Positions 38,601 to 50,119 of a stretch of 64,000 bases of DNA are shown piece by piece. The first letter of the stretch is position 1; the number at the start of each line of letters is the position of its first letter. This DNA is from Mobula hypostoma (taxonomy: Eukaryota). The stretch covers positions 151,964,001 to 152,028,000 of the forward strand of contig NC_086097.1 of the NCBI RefSeq assembly GCF_963921235.1, written 5' to 3'. The notes under the pieces were generated by a model, which did no database searches, was not told where the DNA came from, and saw nothing but the letters and a program-made list of their open reading frames with translations. A program made the translations under genes and the position numbers.

Positions 38601-39382
38601 CTAATAAATATAACTTATCAAGAATACATTTTTTTAGATATTTACAAGTTAGAAATTTCCTAAGTACTATACTTTCTTCCTTTCCAATGCTTCCTCCTAT
38701 ATATATTTTAGATTCGATAATTAACCTTAATCCATGTCAGAAAGGTGCATCGGCTATGATTTATAATATTATTATGAAACTTAGGAAAGCTCCATTTGAT
38801 AAGATTAGGGTAGATTGGGAACAGGAATTGGGGCTTACCATTTCTGTGGATGATTGGGGGCAGATTTTACAATTAGTTAATACTTCCTCTATTTGTGCTA
38901 AACATTCCCTAATTCAATTTAAAGTGGTTCATAGAGCACATATGTCCAAAGATAAGTTAGCGCGTTTTTACTCGCATATTAATCCTTTCTGTGATAGATG
39001 TTCGGGGCAGATAGCCTCTTTAACTCATATGTTTTGGTCTTGCCCTACTTTGGAAACTTTTTGGAGAGATATTTTCAATATTATTTCTAAGGTATTAAAT
39101 ATAGATATCTCTCCTCACCCTATTACTGCTATCTTTGGACTACCTAAAATTTCTAGTAATCTTTCCCCTTCAGCCCGTAGAATGATTGCATTTCTTACTT
39201 TAATGGCGAAAAGATGTATTTTACAACATTGGAAAGAGCTTAATGCTCCAACTACCTTTTTTTGGTTTTCTCAGACGATTTTATGTTTGAATCTGGAGAA
39301 AATTAGAAGTAATCTTTATGATTCTTCATTTAAATTTGAACAGATTTGGGGACCTTTTATTCGATATTTTCATTTAATGTAA
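35687..39382 (+). CDS. L1 ORF2 (APE endonuclease, RT, CCHC knuckle), uninterrupted but lacking its N-terminus and start codon
   Basis: About 1,231 open codons with [71 protein letters not shown] and CDRCSGQIASLTHMFWSC. The first 16 residues of the called ORF (TTG at 35639) come from antisense CR1. Confidence 0.93.
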   Translation, partial: FRRLKAQILFLQETHVRRGDRLRFFKFWKGQQFHSNSNAKIRGVSIFIDSSVTFIQQDIISDPNGRFLLVSGLLFNKKVVLVNVYAPNMDCPEFYKSLFDQFPNLNEFSLIWGGDLNTCLSPALDRSAPLRTLPNKSANLINFFLSDSGSTDIWRFLHPQEKDFSFFSHVYHSYSRIDYFFIDSRLIPSVIKCDYDSITISDHAPLKLSIKIMANIPNNRQWRFNSLLLQDSDFVNFMNEQIELFFTINHTEDISVNTLWDTFKAYIRGQIISYSVALRKKQKQEEMAIVDKIKEIDKKYVMAPSEELYKQRTELQMEHSLLLSSSIVNQLKKTRSDFYVHSDKIGKLLANQLKSNYVKSQINQIYNQNDRLILDHVGINQTFCDFYSSLYQSESPRDSKYMNDFLDKLDFPQISQDMSSLLDTSITMDEIKNVIFSMNLGKAPGPDGFTVEFYKCFASLLIPWLYKVFEASLKLGKLPESFNRASISLILKKDKDPAQCASYRPISLLNVDSKVFSKLLANRLEKVLPSIISEDQTGFIKGRYSFYNIRTLLNIVYTPSQNVPECVISLDAEKAFDRVEWPYLFKVLEMFNFSLKFISWIKLLYHSPVASVRTNSLNSPFFPLFRGTRQGCPLSPLLFDIALEPLAIAIRESSNITGITRGLKSHKLSLYADDLLLYISNPERSIPAVLELLAQFGLFSGYKLNLSKSELFPINKHLPLYYKFPFKLINNYFSYLGIKITCKHKDLFKTNFLPLIDHITQLSSKWFPLYLTLIGRINAVKMFFLPKFLYVFQALPIFVPKSFFDKVDSKISSFIWQNKNPRLGKIHLQKAKRDGGLALPNFRFYYWAINIRHMKFWLLDRDILSIPKWVALELQSVQGYTLGSILGSSLPFDSKRLKQVSNPIVKYALRIWFQFRKFFDLNQFGLAIPILGNIFFPPSFTDRAFQTWKTKGILRFLDLFLDGSLMSFEQLSNKYNLSRIHFFRYLQVRNFLSTILSSFPMLPPIYILDSIINLNPCQKGASAMIYNIIMKLRKAPFDKIRVDWEQELGLTISVDDWGQILQLVNTSSICAKHSLIQFKVVHRAHMSKDKLARFYSHINPFCDRCSGQIASLTHMFWSCPTLETFWRDIFNIISKVLNIDISPHPITAIFGLPKISSNLSPSARRMIAFLTLMAKRCILQHWKELNAPTTFFWFSQTILCLNLEKIRSNLYDSSFKFEQIWGPFIRYFHLM

Positions 39383-39742
39383 TATTTACCCTTCTTGTTT
39401 TTTTTTCACTGTTTTAATGGAGGTCGGGATTGAGGACGTGATTTTAAGTTTAACTCTGTTTGGTTTCAAGTTAGCCCATTGCTTTGCTTTGCTTTTAGTT
39501 AGTTGCACGGTGGGTTTTTTTTTTGGGGTTTTTTTTTCTTTTTTTTTCCATTGATATATATAAAATCTAGTATACTATTATGTTATCTTGCTTTCTTATG
39601 CTTAAATTACATTGTTTGTAGTATTTTCTTTTTGGTATTGTTATCTTTTGGAATTTTATTATACTTTAACATTGTATTAATGTTTATATGGCTTACCTTT
39701 TTTGTATACTTACTCAATAAAAAGATTTAAAAAGAAAGAAAG
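35688..39742 (+). mobile_element. Young 5'-truncated L1 LINE (4,055 bp)
   Basis: Open ORF2, T-rich 3' UTR, AATAAA at 39716-39721 and tail AAAAAGAAAGAAAG. Confidence 0.96.
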
Positions 39743-41878
39743 AAAAACGTCAGCCTTGATGACATACAGCAATTGTTTGTGAAAATTGTCCAGTGAGCAC
39801 AGAGCTGACATGAAGTGTACCCAGAATGATGACTGGGTAAGTTTCCTCTGAAGTGCATTGTGCCTTCTTTATACGTCCTCTGACTTGCAGTAGTCCCTCA
39901 GAGTCAAGGAACGGGCAGTGTTTACTAAGTAGACTTTGTTTTGGGAGAGATTCCTGCCTTGTGATGCACTGCACTTCCTTGCAGAAGTCTGTCTTTGAAC
40001 AACAGAGCAGGAACAGTGGATCCTTGACTTCCTAGCTGAAAGGTCACAATTTGTGCAGATCAGAAATAACATCTCCACCTTGCTGATTGGAAGCAAGATC
40101 TCTACCTTGCCAACAATCAACACTGGTGCACCTCAGGGACATGTGCTTACCCACTACTCTACTCTCTCTACACCCATGACTGTGTGGCTGGGTGCAGCTA
40201 AAATGCCATCTATAAATTTGCTGACAATACAGCTATTGTTGACAGAATTTCAGATGGTGATGAGAGGGCGTACAGGAGCGAGGTATATCAGCTATTTGAC
40301 TGGGGTTGCAGCAACAGCCTTGAACACAACATTAGTAAGACTAAAGAACTGACTGTGGATTTCAGAAAGGGTAGGATGAGGTAACACCCCAGTCCTGAAA
40401 GAGGGATCAGAAGTGGAATGAGTGAGCAATTCCAAGTTCCTTGGTGTCAATATCTGTGAGGATCTATTCTCGACCCAACATATCGAGGCTACGACAAAGA
40501 AGGCATGTCAATGGCTACATTTCATGAGGAGTTTGAGGAGATTTGGTATGTCACCAAAGACACTCATCAATTTCGACAGATGTACCATGGCGGGCATCCT
40601 AATTGGCAGCATCATGGTCTGGTATGGTGGGGTGGGGGGGGGGGGCGGTAGAAGGCTGGCTACTGCACAGGATTGAAATAAGCTGCTGAGACTTAACAAT
40701 CTAGTCAGCTCCATCACGGGCACTAGCCACTGTAGTATTCAGGATATTTTCAAGGAACGATGCCTCAAAAAAGGCAGCAGCAATTATTTAGAAGTAAGTG
40801 GGAATTAGAAAAAGCATTCTAACCTTTGCATGACCTCAGTATTGTTGGGCATGATCCTATGTGCTGTGAGAGTAGACTGTGCCAAGATGTCTTGTGATTA
40901 TTTTAGCATGCTGACTGCTTCTTCTGTTAGAAAATGATTAAAACATAGAAAACATACAACACAATATAGGCCCTTCAGCCCACAAAGCTGTGTCGAACAT
41001 GTCCCTACCTTAGAACTACCTAGGCTTTACCCATAGCCCTCTATTTGTCCAAGCTCCATGTAGCCACCTAGGAGTCTCTTAAAAAACCCTATCGTTTCTG
41101 CCCCCATCACCGCCACCAGCAGCCCATTCCATGCACTCACCACTCTCTGCATAAAAAACTTACCCCTGACATCTCCTCTGTATCTTCTTCCAAGCACCTT
41201 AAAACTATGCCCTCTTGTGCTAGCCATTTCAGCCCTGGGGAAAAGCCTCTGACTATCCACATGATCAATGCCTCTCATCATCTTATACACCTCTATCAAG
41301 TCAACTCTCATCCTCTGTCGCTCCAAGGAGAAAAGACCGAGTTCTCACAACATATCCTTATAAGGCATGCTCCCCAAACCAGGCAACGTCCTTGTAAATC
41401 TCCTCTACACCCTTTTTATGGTGTCCACGTACTTCCTATAGTGAGGCAACCAGAATTGAGCACAGTACTCCAAGTGGGGTCTGACCAGGGTCCTATATAG
41501 CTGCAACATTACCTCTCTGCTCTTAAACTCAATCCCACGATTGACGAAGGCCAATGCACCGTATGCCTTCTTAACCACACAGTTAACCTGCATAGCAGCT
41601 TTGAGTGTCCTATGGACTCAGACCCCAGGATCTCCCTGATCCTCCACACTGCCAAGAGTCTTATCATTAATACTACATTCTACCATCATATTTGACCTAC
41701 CAAAATTAACCACCTCACACTTACCTGGGTTGAACTCCATCTGATACTTCTCAGCCCAGTTTTGCATCCTATCAATGTCCCGCTGTAAACTCTGACAGCT
41801 CTCCACACTATCCACAACACCCCCAACTTTTGTCATCAGCAAATTTACTAACCCATTCCTTCACTTCCTCATCCAGGT
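39743..41878 (+). repeat. Direct duplication, copy 2 (2,136 bp)
   Basis: Starts aaaaacgtcagcc directly after the L1 tail, ends catccaggt, and continues seamlessly into the rest of the CR1. Confidence 0.97.
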
Positions 41879-43960
41879 CATTTATAAAAATCACGAAGAG
41901 TAGGGGTCCCAGAACAGATCCTTGAGGCACACCACTGGTCACCGTCCTCCATGCAGAATATGACCCATCTACAACCACTCTTTGCCTTCTGTTGGCAAAC
42001 CAGATCTGGTTTCACAAAGCAAGGTCCCCTTGGATCCCATGCCTCCTTACTTTCTCAATAAGCCTTGCATGGGGTACCTTATCAAATGCCTTGCTGAAAT
42101 CCATATACACTACATCTACGGCTCTATCTTCATCAATGAGCTTAGTCACATTCTCAAAAAATTCATTCAGGCTCATAAGGCACGACCTGCCTTTCACAAA
42201 GCCATGCTGATTATTCCTAATCATATTATGCCTCTCCAAATGTTCATAAATCCTATCTCTCAGGATCTTCTCCATCAGCTTACCAACCACTGAAGTAAGA
42301 TGCACTGGTCTATAATTTCCTGGGCTATGTCTACTCCCTTTCTTGAATAAGGAAACAACATCTGCCACCCTCCAATCCTCCAGAACCTCTCATGTCCCCA
42401 TTGATGATGGAAAGATCATCGCCAGAGGCTCAGCAATCTCCTCCCTGGGTTACATCCCATCCGGTCCTGGTGACTTATCCAACTTGATGCTTTCCAAAAG
42501 CTCCAGCACATCCTCTTTCTTAATATCTACATTCTCAAGCTTTCCAGTCCACTGCAAGTCATCTCTACAATTGTCAAGATCCTTTTCAGTAGCAAATACT
42601 GATGCAAAATATTCATTAAGTACCTCCGCTATTTCCTCCTGTTCCGTACACACTTTTCCATTGTCACACTTGATTGGTCCTATTCTCTCACTTCTTATCC
42701 TCTTGCTCTTCACATACTTGTCGAATGCCTTGGCGTTGTCCTTAATCCTGTCTGCCAAGGCCTTCTCATGGCCCCTTCTGGCTCTCCTAATTTTATTCTT
42801 AAAGCTCCTTCCTATGAGCCTCATTATCTTCTAGATTCATATCATTACCTAGTTTTTTTGAACCATTCGTCAGCTCTTTTTTTCTTCTTGACTAGATTTA
42901 CAACAGCCTTTGTATACCGCAGATCTTGTACCCTACCATCCTTTCAATGACTCATTCGAACGTACCTACTCAGAACCCCACGCAAATATCCCCTGAACGT
43001 TTGCCACATTTCTTCAGTAGGTTTCCCTGAGAACATGTTTCCAATTTATGCTTCCAAGTTCCTGCCTGATAGCCTCATAGTTCCCCTTACTCCAATACAT
43101 TTCCCTAACTTGTCTTTTCCTATCCCTCTCCAATGCCATTGTAAAGGAGATAGAATTGTGATCACCATCTCCAAAATGCTCTCCCACTGAGAGCCCTGAC
43201 ACCCATGTTCATTTCCCAATACCAGATCAGTACAGCCTCTCTTCTTGTAGGCTTATCTACATATTGTGTCAAGAAACCTTCCTGAGCACACCTACAAACT
43301 CCACCTCATCTAAACCCCTCATTCTAGGGAGATGCCTATCAATATTTGGGAAATTAAAATCTCCCATCACAACAACCCTGTTATTATTACTCCTTTCCAG
43401 AATTTGTCTCCCTCTCTGCTCCTCGATGTCCTTATTACTATTGGGTGGTCTATAAAAAACACCCGATAGTGTTATTGACCCCTTCCTATTCCTAACTTCC
43501 ACCCACAGAGACTCCATAGACAAACCATCCATGACTTCCTCCTTTTCTGCAGCCATGGCACTATCTCTGATCAGCAGTGCCACGCCCCCACCTCTTTTGC
43601 CTCCCTCCCTGTCCTTTCTGAAACATCTAAAGCCTAGCACTTGAAGTAGCCATTTCTGCCCCTGCTCCATCAAAGTCTCTGTAATGACCACATCATAGCA
43701 CCAAGTGCTGATCCATGCTCTAAGCTTATCCGCTTTTTTCATGATACTCCTCGCACTAAAATAGACACATCTCAAACCATTGGACTGAGCGCATCCCTTC
43801 TCTATCACCTGCCTATACTCCCTTTCGCACTGTCTTGAAGCTTTCTTTATTTGTGAGCCAACCTCCCTTTCCTCTGTCACTTCAGTTTGGTTCCCACCCC
43901 CCAGAAATTCTAGTTTAAGCTCTCCCCAATAGCCTTAGCAAACCCTCCCGCCAGGATATT
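40941..43960 (-). mobile_element. CR1 LINE (endonuclease + RT, disrupted) inserted in the BEL RT just after YVDDGL
   Basis: ORFs 43269-43880, 42450-42824 and 42012-42368 carry CR1 motifs. Antisense TTTCTATG tail at 40941. Confidence 0.93.
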
Positions 43961-46900
43961 GGAGAGACCATCATCAACATAGAAATGCCTTTCTATATAC
44001 CTCTATGCTTCAATCCCGAATTCTTTTGCTCTCTCAATAGCTGTCCTCTTAAGACTATAGATTGCCACAGCTGCTGAGGGACATTTACCAAATACATGAA
44101 CTCTCCTGCAGTATTCCAGAGTCGTCTTCTCCAGTTGGTGGTCACGAAACCACAAGAATCTGAGGTAGCCCTGATGATCTCTCTCACAAGGATACTATAG
44201 AACATATGTTCGATATTTTCCATCACTGCGATGGACTCAGTTCTGAAGCACATGAGGGTGCCAAGCAGACTGTTATTGAGATCTGGACCCCAAAAAAACA
44301 TCTTCAGTGATGCGCCTTTAAACAATGCACTTAAATCAAAGATAGTTCGTATTTGTGCAGGTAGCCAGCAGTGGTAACACCCAAGTTGGGAAAATACCAG
44401 TTTTCTTTGTTGAGATGTAGTGGAGGGGTTAGCTTAGCTTTTTCTCTGTTCCATCTGAATGTATGACTGAGGGACATGAGTCGACTGAAGGCTGGCCCTC
44501 TGTTACTTAGTAGGAGTTGTTGTGGCAAGTGAAAAGGAAGGTGAGCTACCCAACTGTTGACTCGCCTTTGCTAAATTCTTCAGTCATGATTCAAAGGAAG
44601 AACTCATCTTCGATGGAAGGTGCCAGCTTGTATTCATCTTCTGAGTGAGAAAAGATCAACTTGCCTAAATCTGGTGAAGCAGAGGAAAGTAAGTCAGGGT
44701 GCTTGCTTTTCTTACCTAAACAACCTTCTCTTTCATACAGATTCTACTCTCACAGGGTCTTAAATGACTTAGGCACCCGTCCTCCAGGACATTAGTCTTA
44801 AATGTGCTGACAGTGGGCTAATAAGCACCGTCGAGGAAGACTTCGCCCAATATGATCCAACCCAGGTCTAGTCGTTAGGCATAAGTTGCATTGTGCCAGC
44901 CATTGCACTATCATGTACATTACGTGGATGGATGGTGACTCTGAAAAGCAACAGGAGAATCTCAGCAGAAGAGTTAAGTGGGGTATCTTGTCAGCTATGG
45001 TCTTAAGATGTGAATGCCCATGTGCAGTTTCAGGAGTTGGGTCTTTTCCCTTGTGTTTAGAAATATGGTTGCACTTAATGAGGGTTGGCAAGGGTAAGCA
45101 GACCTCCTCTCCTATTGACTCCATGACAAATCTATTGGCACTTCATTCGACAACATCTGACGTTCCTGAACGTGTCTTTAGAATGCATGGGGAAACAGAA
45201 CTTTGAATATTGAATGTCAAAGAATGTTGATTTTGCCAATGACATGTTGCTCTGCCCATCTAATATCACATATGCCTTTATTGCTCAGAATGTCTTTACG
45301 GGTAGATGTTGTCAGGACATACTTTAGAACAGGATTTGCCTTGTAAGCCTTCCCCGCATATGATACCTCTGTGCATGAGGTACATCCGATAGATGCTCAG
45401 TTGGCTCCCCACTATGCTCTGATGTGAGTGTGCTGGAACCAGTAATAACCCGCAGTGCTGGGCCTGACTGAAGTGCTGATAAGTGCCAGGCTCTGTGCAG
45501 TGTATGATAGCTTTACACTCTTTTCATTGGTGTGCTGTTGAAGCACGACACTTGAAACATATTGGGTGCTCTTTTAGAAAGTGGCTGGGGTCTGCAAGCA
45601 GATTTTCTCTGAATCCTCTGCTTCCTGAAGGGGTGACATTTCTTATGAACAAAGCATTGCTTATTGGGGTTCATAATATAGTTTTCTACTTCAGATTTGC
45701 AGACCGTGATATGGGTTTTGGTTTTCCATGATTTTTCTGGAGACCTCTTTGAATGAGCTGTTAACAGACGTTGAGAGCATAGGACTGGGGTCATTTTGCA
45801 TTTCTGTGTGGTACCAGATGAAGTCCACAAAGGATGAAAATGGCAGATGGGGGCCATGATGCTTCATTTTATACCTAAAACCTTCAAATATTCATTTTTC
45901 TTAGATACTGTTTAGTAATTTCTCCCCTGTAGGGTTTATTGCTCTTGCTCTGCCCAAGAAATTCATCTCTAGTAGCTAAACTTTGTTTTTATCTGCTTGC
46001 AGTTCTGACAACAGACCAGGGAATTCCTGTCACTTCTGAAATTCTTTGTGTGAGCGCTTTAGAGAATTATCAAGTTTACTGAAGAGAGATTCTTCAATTC
46101 TCTCCGAGAAGCCATAGTATTTGTCTAGTCTCTGCTACATCATTTGTAAAGCCATAGCTGGAGTATTAATATGAACTGCCCTAACTCTTCTGGCATGTTG
46201 CAGTGACTCCCCACCTAGCCAGTTACAAAGAAGGTCTAGCTCTTTGATAGGTTTGAAACTTGGTCTTTCCACAATATTGTGACAGCTTGACTTCCAGGAC
46301 AGATAACTGGCAGACTGAACACTTTTAATTCAACTGTGACGAGATCTTGACGAGCCAATATCAAGCCAAATCTAATGCGCCTGTGGCTTCTGAATGATGG
46401 CTTATGGAGACCAGGACAGATGGAAGTTCAGACTGTCCATATCTGTGCAGGTGGGATTGGCAACAGAACCAACTCTTGACTGAGGTCTTTGCTGTCATAG
46501 ACCTTGACTGTCAATTCATGGACTAGTGACAGACATGCTGGCTGAGCAGTGAGGACAGCTTCTCCTTGTAGACCTGAAGCCTTGTCCTTTTTATAGCCGA
46601 AATGCATTTGGACACATTCTTTAGTAAGATACATTACCTGTGTGACACCAAAGCATGACAGGTCCTGGTTATAGACTCATAATTGCTCATAATTGTCCAA
46701 GACAGCTACTGCTTCATACATATTTGCCTCTGCTGAGGCAGCCTCAGCTTCGCACTCTTCCTTGAGCACACTTAATATAGCCTATATACTGTATGTGCTC
46801 TCTCCATTTTTATACATGCTTACTCCATTTGAATCTCAATTTCACACTTAACATTCTTGCCACTTCAGCTTTGGCATGAGCTCGTGCTGCAGCTACGCCA

Positions 46901-47105
46901 ATTGTGGTTTCTCCTGAGCATCACGAAGACGCGGTAAATGAGCCACATGACCTGACCTGCTGGTCTTGGCAATCGATGTTGCTCAGATCAGAAGCTGACG
47001 TTATCAGCAATGGTGTTCAGATGCATCCCGATCTGGGGCAATGCCTTTGAAGATGAGCTATCTTTTCACTTTCCGGTCCTCACTGAGAGTATGAATACAG
47101 CTGTT

Positions 47106-47650
47106 GGGGTGTATGGGGTGTCAGGGAGGGGTAGCACCTCTGGTGGGGGAACATGTCACGTCCTTTTCAAGGCAGTTAGTCCAACTTTGGTCCCCACCTG
47201 GCACTCAACTCTCAGCTGTAGCTCCCCGTAGCTGTTTGCATGCGACAGCGGCCACACCCGAGGCAACGGCTTCGACAAGCCGGCTAAACCAGGTGAAGGT
47301 AACTCTCAAACCCTCGGTGAGATAAGGGAGTTTTCTATCCCAGCATGTGAAGACAGACTCCGGCAGATTGAGCGGACGAGACCAAAGGTCCAATGGTCAA
47401 GGCCGCAGTCTCTGCAAACATCGTGGAACGTGTAGAGTAGGACAAGACACAGAAGACATCCTGGTCATCCACTGTGCCTAGTCCCACCTCCAGTCGTCTC
47501 GATTGTCTTGCCACTGGATCCAGATGGGAATTGGGAAGAGAGAGTGAGGCTAATGCTGCGCAACTCTCCCTCACTTAAATCTAAACCATGCACTAATCTC
47601 AACACAATAATAGTGTCGAGGTCCTCAACGCTGACAATGGATGAACACAT
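47106..47650 (+). mobile_element. Non-autonomous RTE-related short element inserted in the BEL 5' LTR
   Basis: GC-richer ~550-bp block absent from the 3' LTR. Resembles RTE 5' UTR motifs (caggtgaaggta...caaaccctcggtgag). Family call is from memory. Confidence 0.55.
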
Positions 47651-47974
47651 GCAGTAAGATTAATAACTTCTCAAAAATACTGAAGGAAGTTTCTTCTAGG
47701 TTTTTAATTAGATCGGTTTTCTTTCTTCAGTTATTTCTGTGAAGAGATATTGCTGTTTCAAGAGTAGACGAAGAGTGGATGGAGACATATTCCTTTCAAC
47801 TGTGCACTTCAAATTAGAATAAAAGCTAAACTGCACAGGAAGTGGTACAAGAACAATTTACGTATAGGAAGTGATGTTCATACAAAATGAACTGTGCTTC
47901 TACAGTCCAGAACAGGAACTAAATGTTCATTGTAATTTGATCTTATCACTAAACATATCTTTACCTTTCCCACC

Positions 47975-48827
47975 CATCCCCTGCTCCCTCCATGATTCCC
48001 TTGGCCATTCGTCCCTCCCCACTAATCTCCTTCCTGGCACTTATCCCTGCAAGTGGCCTAAGTGCTACGCTTGTCTATACACCTCCTCCATCACCTCCAT
48101 TCTGGGCTCCAAACAGTTCTTCCAGGTGAGGCAACACCTCACCTGCAAATCTGCAAGGGCCATCTATTGTGTCCAGTGTTCTCAATGCGGCCTTCTCTAC
48201 ATTAGTGAGGCCCATCATAAATCGGGGGACCGCTTCGTCAAGCACCACTGCCACAAGTGGGTCTTCCTGGAGGCCAAACATTTTAATTCAAATTTCCCAT
48301 TCTCATTCTGACATGTTGATCCATGTCCTCCTGTTGTGCAAAGATGAGGGCCACGCACAGGGTGGAGGAACTACACCTTATATTCCATCTCGGTAGCCTC
48401 CAACCTAATTGGCATAAATATCGATTTCTCCTTCTGATAAACAAATTTCCCCCCCACCACCACCATCCTCTATTCCCCACTCTGACCTTTTACTTCTTCT
48501 CACATGCCTATTACTTCCCCCTGGGTCCCCTCTCCTTCCCTTCCCCCTAGGCTCCAATGGCCCACTCTCCTATCCTATCAGATTCTTTCTTCTCCAGACT
48601 TTGACCTTTCCCATCCACCTGGCTTCACCTTCCAGTTAGCCCCCTTCCTTTCTCCCCACCTTTCTATTCTGGCATCTTCTCTTTTCCTTCTCAGTCCTGA
48701 AGGGTCTTGGCCTGAAACATCGACTGTTTAATCTTTTCCATAGATGCTGCCTGACCTGCTGAGCTCCTCCAGCATTGTGTGTGAGTGTTGCTTTGGGCTT
48801 ACAGCATCTGCAGACTTTCTCATGTTT
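47975..48827 (+). mobile_element. Penelope-like element, 3' part with GIY-YIG endonuclease remnant
   Basis: PGTYPCKWPKCYAC...LTCKSARAIYCVQCSQCGLLYISE...DRFVKH, followed by a pyrimidine-rich UTR and hammerhead motif. Confidence 0.9.
48692..48726 (+). ncRNA. Degenerate hammerhead ribozyme motif (core deletion, probably inactive)
   Basis: CAGUC-CUGAA-GGGUCUUGGCCU-GAAA-CAUC-GACUG. Confidence 0.55.
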
Positions 48828-49914
48828 CTGGTAATCTAGAGATGGTTAGAGCTCCGAACCTGGAAAATGTCTGCAAGTGTCAGGGTATGTTAGAACAGTT
48901 GGTGGGGAGAGACAGATCAAAGAAAATTAGAATTGAAAGATAACAAACTAAACTCCATTGGGCAATAAAAACTTAAATGTTAGGTCTAGTGGAATAAAGC
49001 TACTAGGTAGTCACATTAAAATATCCAAGAATGTGTTGAAAGTTCCCTTCCAGAAATGCAACATCCCAAGCTGCCCTCTGGGAGCTTATCACCCTTAACA
49101 ACTCGAAGTGGAGAAGGAGCTTTCGGAATAATTCCGAGAAACTCGAGGCCATTTATTAGGAATGCTTACAAGCGCTGGCTATGTCCTGTCACCCACACTG
49201 TCTGTGAAATGTCTGTTTCCTACAATAATCTTGCGAGTTGTCATGGAAGCCATAAAACCAGAGTGGAAACATTAGCTCCCAGTAAGGTTGAAACAAAAAT
49301 CAGATTGATCATATTCTCCTTTACTTCTGTCCAAAATAAATTAATTCAAAATTACTTGTGTTGTAATCATCTGCTGCAGTTTCACCCACTGAATCCTTCA
49401 AATCTGTTTCATCCTTACAAAACTCATTGATGTCTTGCCTGGTAATTCTTTCAAGTAGGAATACACCTGTCTCTTAAGATGAGATAAACACTGGAGAGAA
49501 GAATTTTCAAAACATCTCCTCAGTCCATTAGAAAGAAATGGCCTTGCACATTTTTCTTTTCCATGCTTTCTTAAGTTTCTGTTTGGTTATTCTAACCGCC
49601 AATTATTCTGCACTAATTATCCTTGGGGATGTGACATGTCGTCTTTTGCAGCGAGACAAAAGGATTCATTTAGTTCCTAATCTTCTCATGCAGCAAAGCA
49701 AGTTATCTTAAGAAATAGAGAGAGACAAAGCACCCCATGAAATGAGTAATTGTCAATGTCTCCGTTAGCTCTGCATAAGTGGGACTAGATGTTGGAGCCA
49801 GAATGTAGGGTAAAAATTTCAAAGTTAAATGACTACCCTGATTAAAAGATTGCATAGTAAATCATGCATTGCCCTGGTTCTGGAAAAAAATCCATAAACC
49901 AACTGACCAAATGT

Positions 49915-50025
49915 ATAATAGAAACATAGAAAACCTACAGCACAATACAGGCCCTTTGGCCCACAAAGCTGTGCCGAACATGTCCTTACCTTAGAAACTA
50001 CCTAGGGTTACCCATAGCCCTCTAT
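49915..50025 (-). mobile_element. Short CR1 3' terminus
   Basis: Same terminus as at 34750 and 54875. Confidence 0.85.
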
Positions 50026-50119
50026 CATGTGACCTGGTTCTGATCCATATGATCTGAGAAACCCTCAGATCAAACCCTCACACTGTATTGGGTTATTCTG
50101 TCCAGCTGTACATTAATTT

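Larger units (their letters stand above)
33128..47914 (-). mobile_element. Old BEL/Pao LTR retrotransposon, fragmented by nested insertions and deletions; TSD GGAAC
   Basis: 3' LTR 33128-33412 and 5' LTR ~47070-47914 are diverged direct repeats. GGAAC lies at 33123-33127 and 47915-47919. PPT at 33413-33424. RT motifs GPDLNNSLLG...IEHMFY and YVDDGL (~43965-43982), continuing at 40790-40939 (duplicate 34599-34748). CPFLDSEGLLQVRGR...HQG at 33557-33790. Confidence 0.85.

Noticed and set aside
33552..41878. Reading the 2.1-kb direct repeats as LTRs of a new LTR element with an L1-type ORF
   Set aside because: The repeats have no TG...CA ends, PBS or PPT. They consist of pre-existing BEL, Rex and CR1 fragments continuous with the outer flanks, and the insert has its own poly(A) signal and tail.
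39743..41878. L1 3' transduction as the source of the second copy
   Set aside because: There is no A-tail or short TSD at 41878, the sequence runs seamlessly into the remaining CR1, and the matching copy is immediately adjacent upstream.
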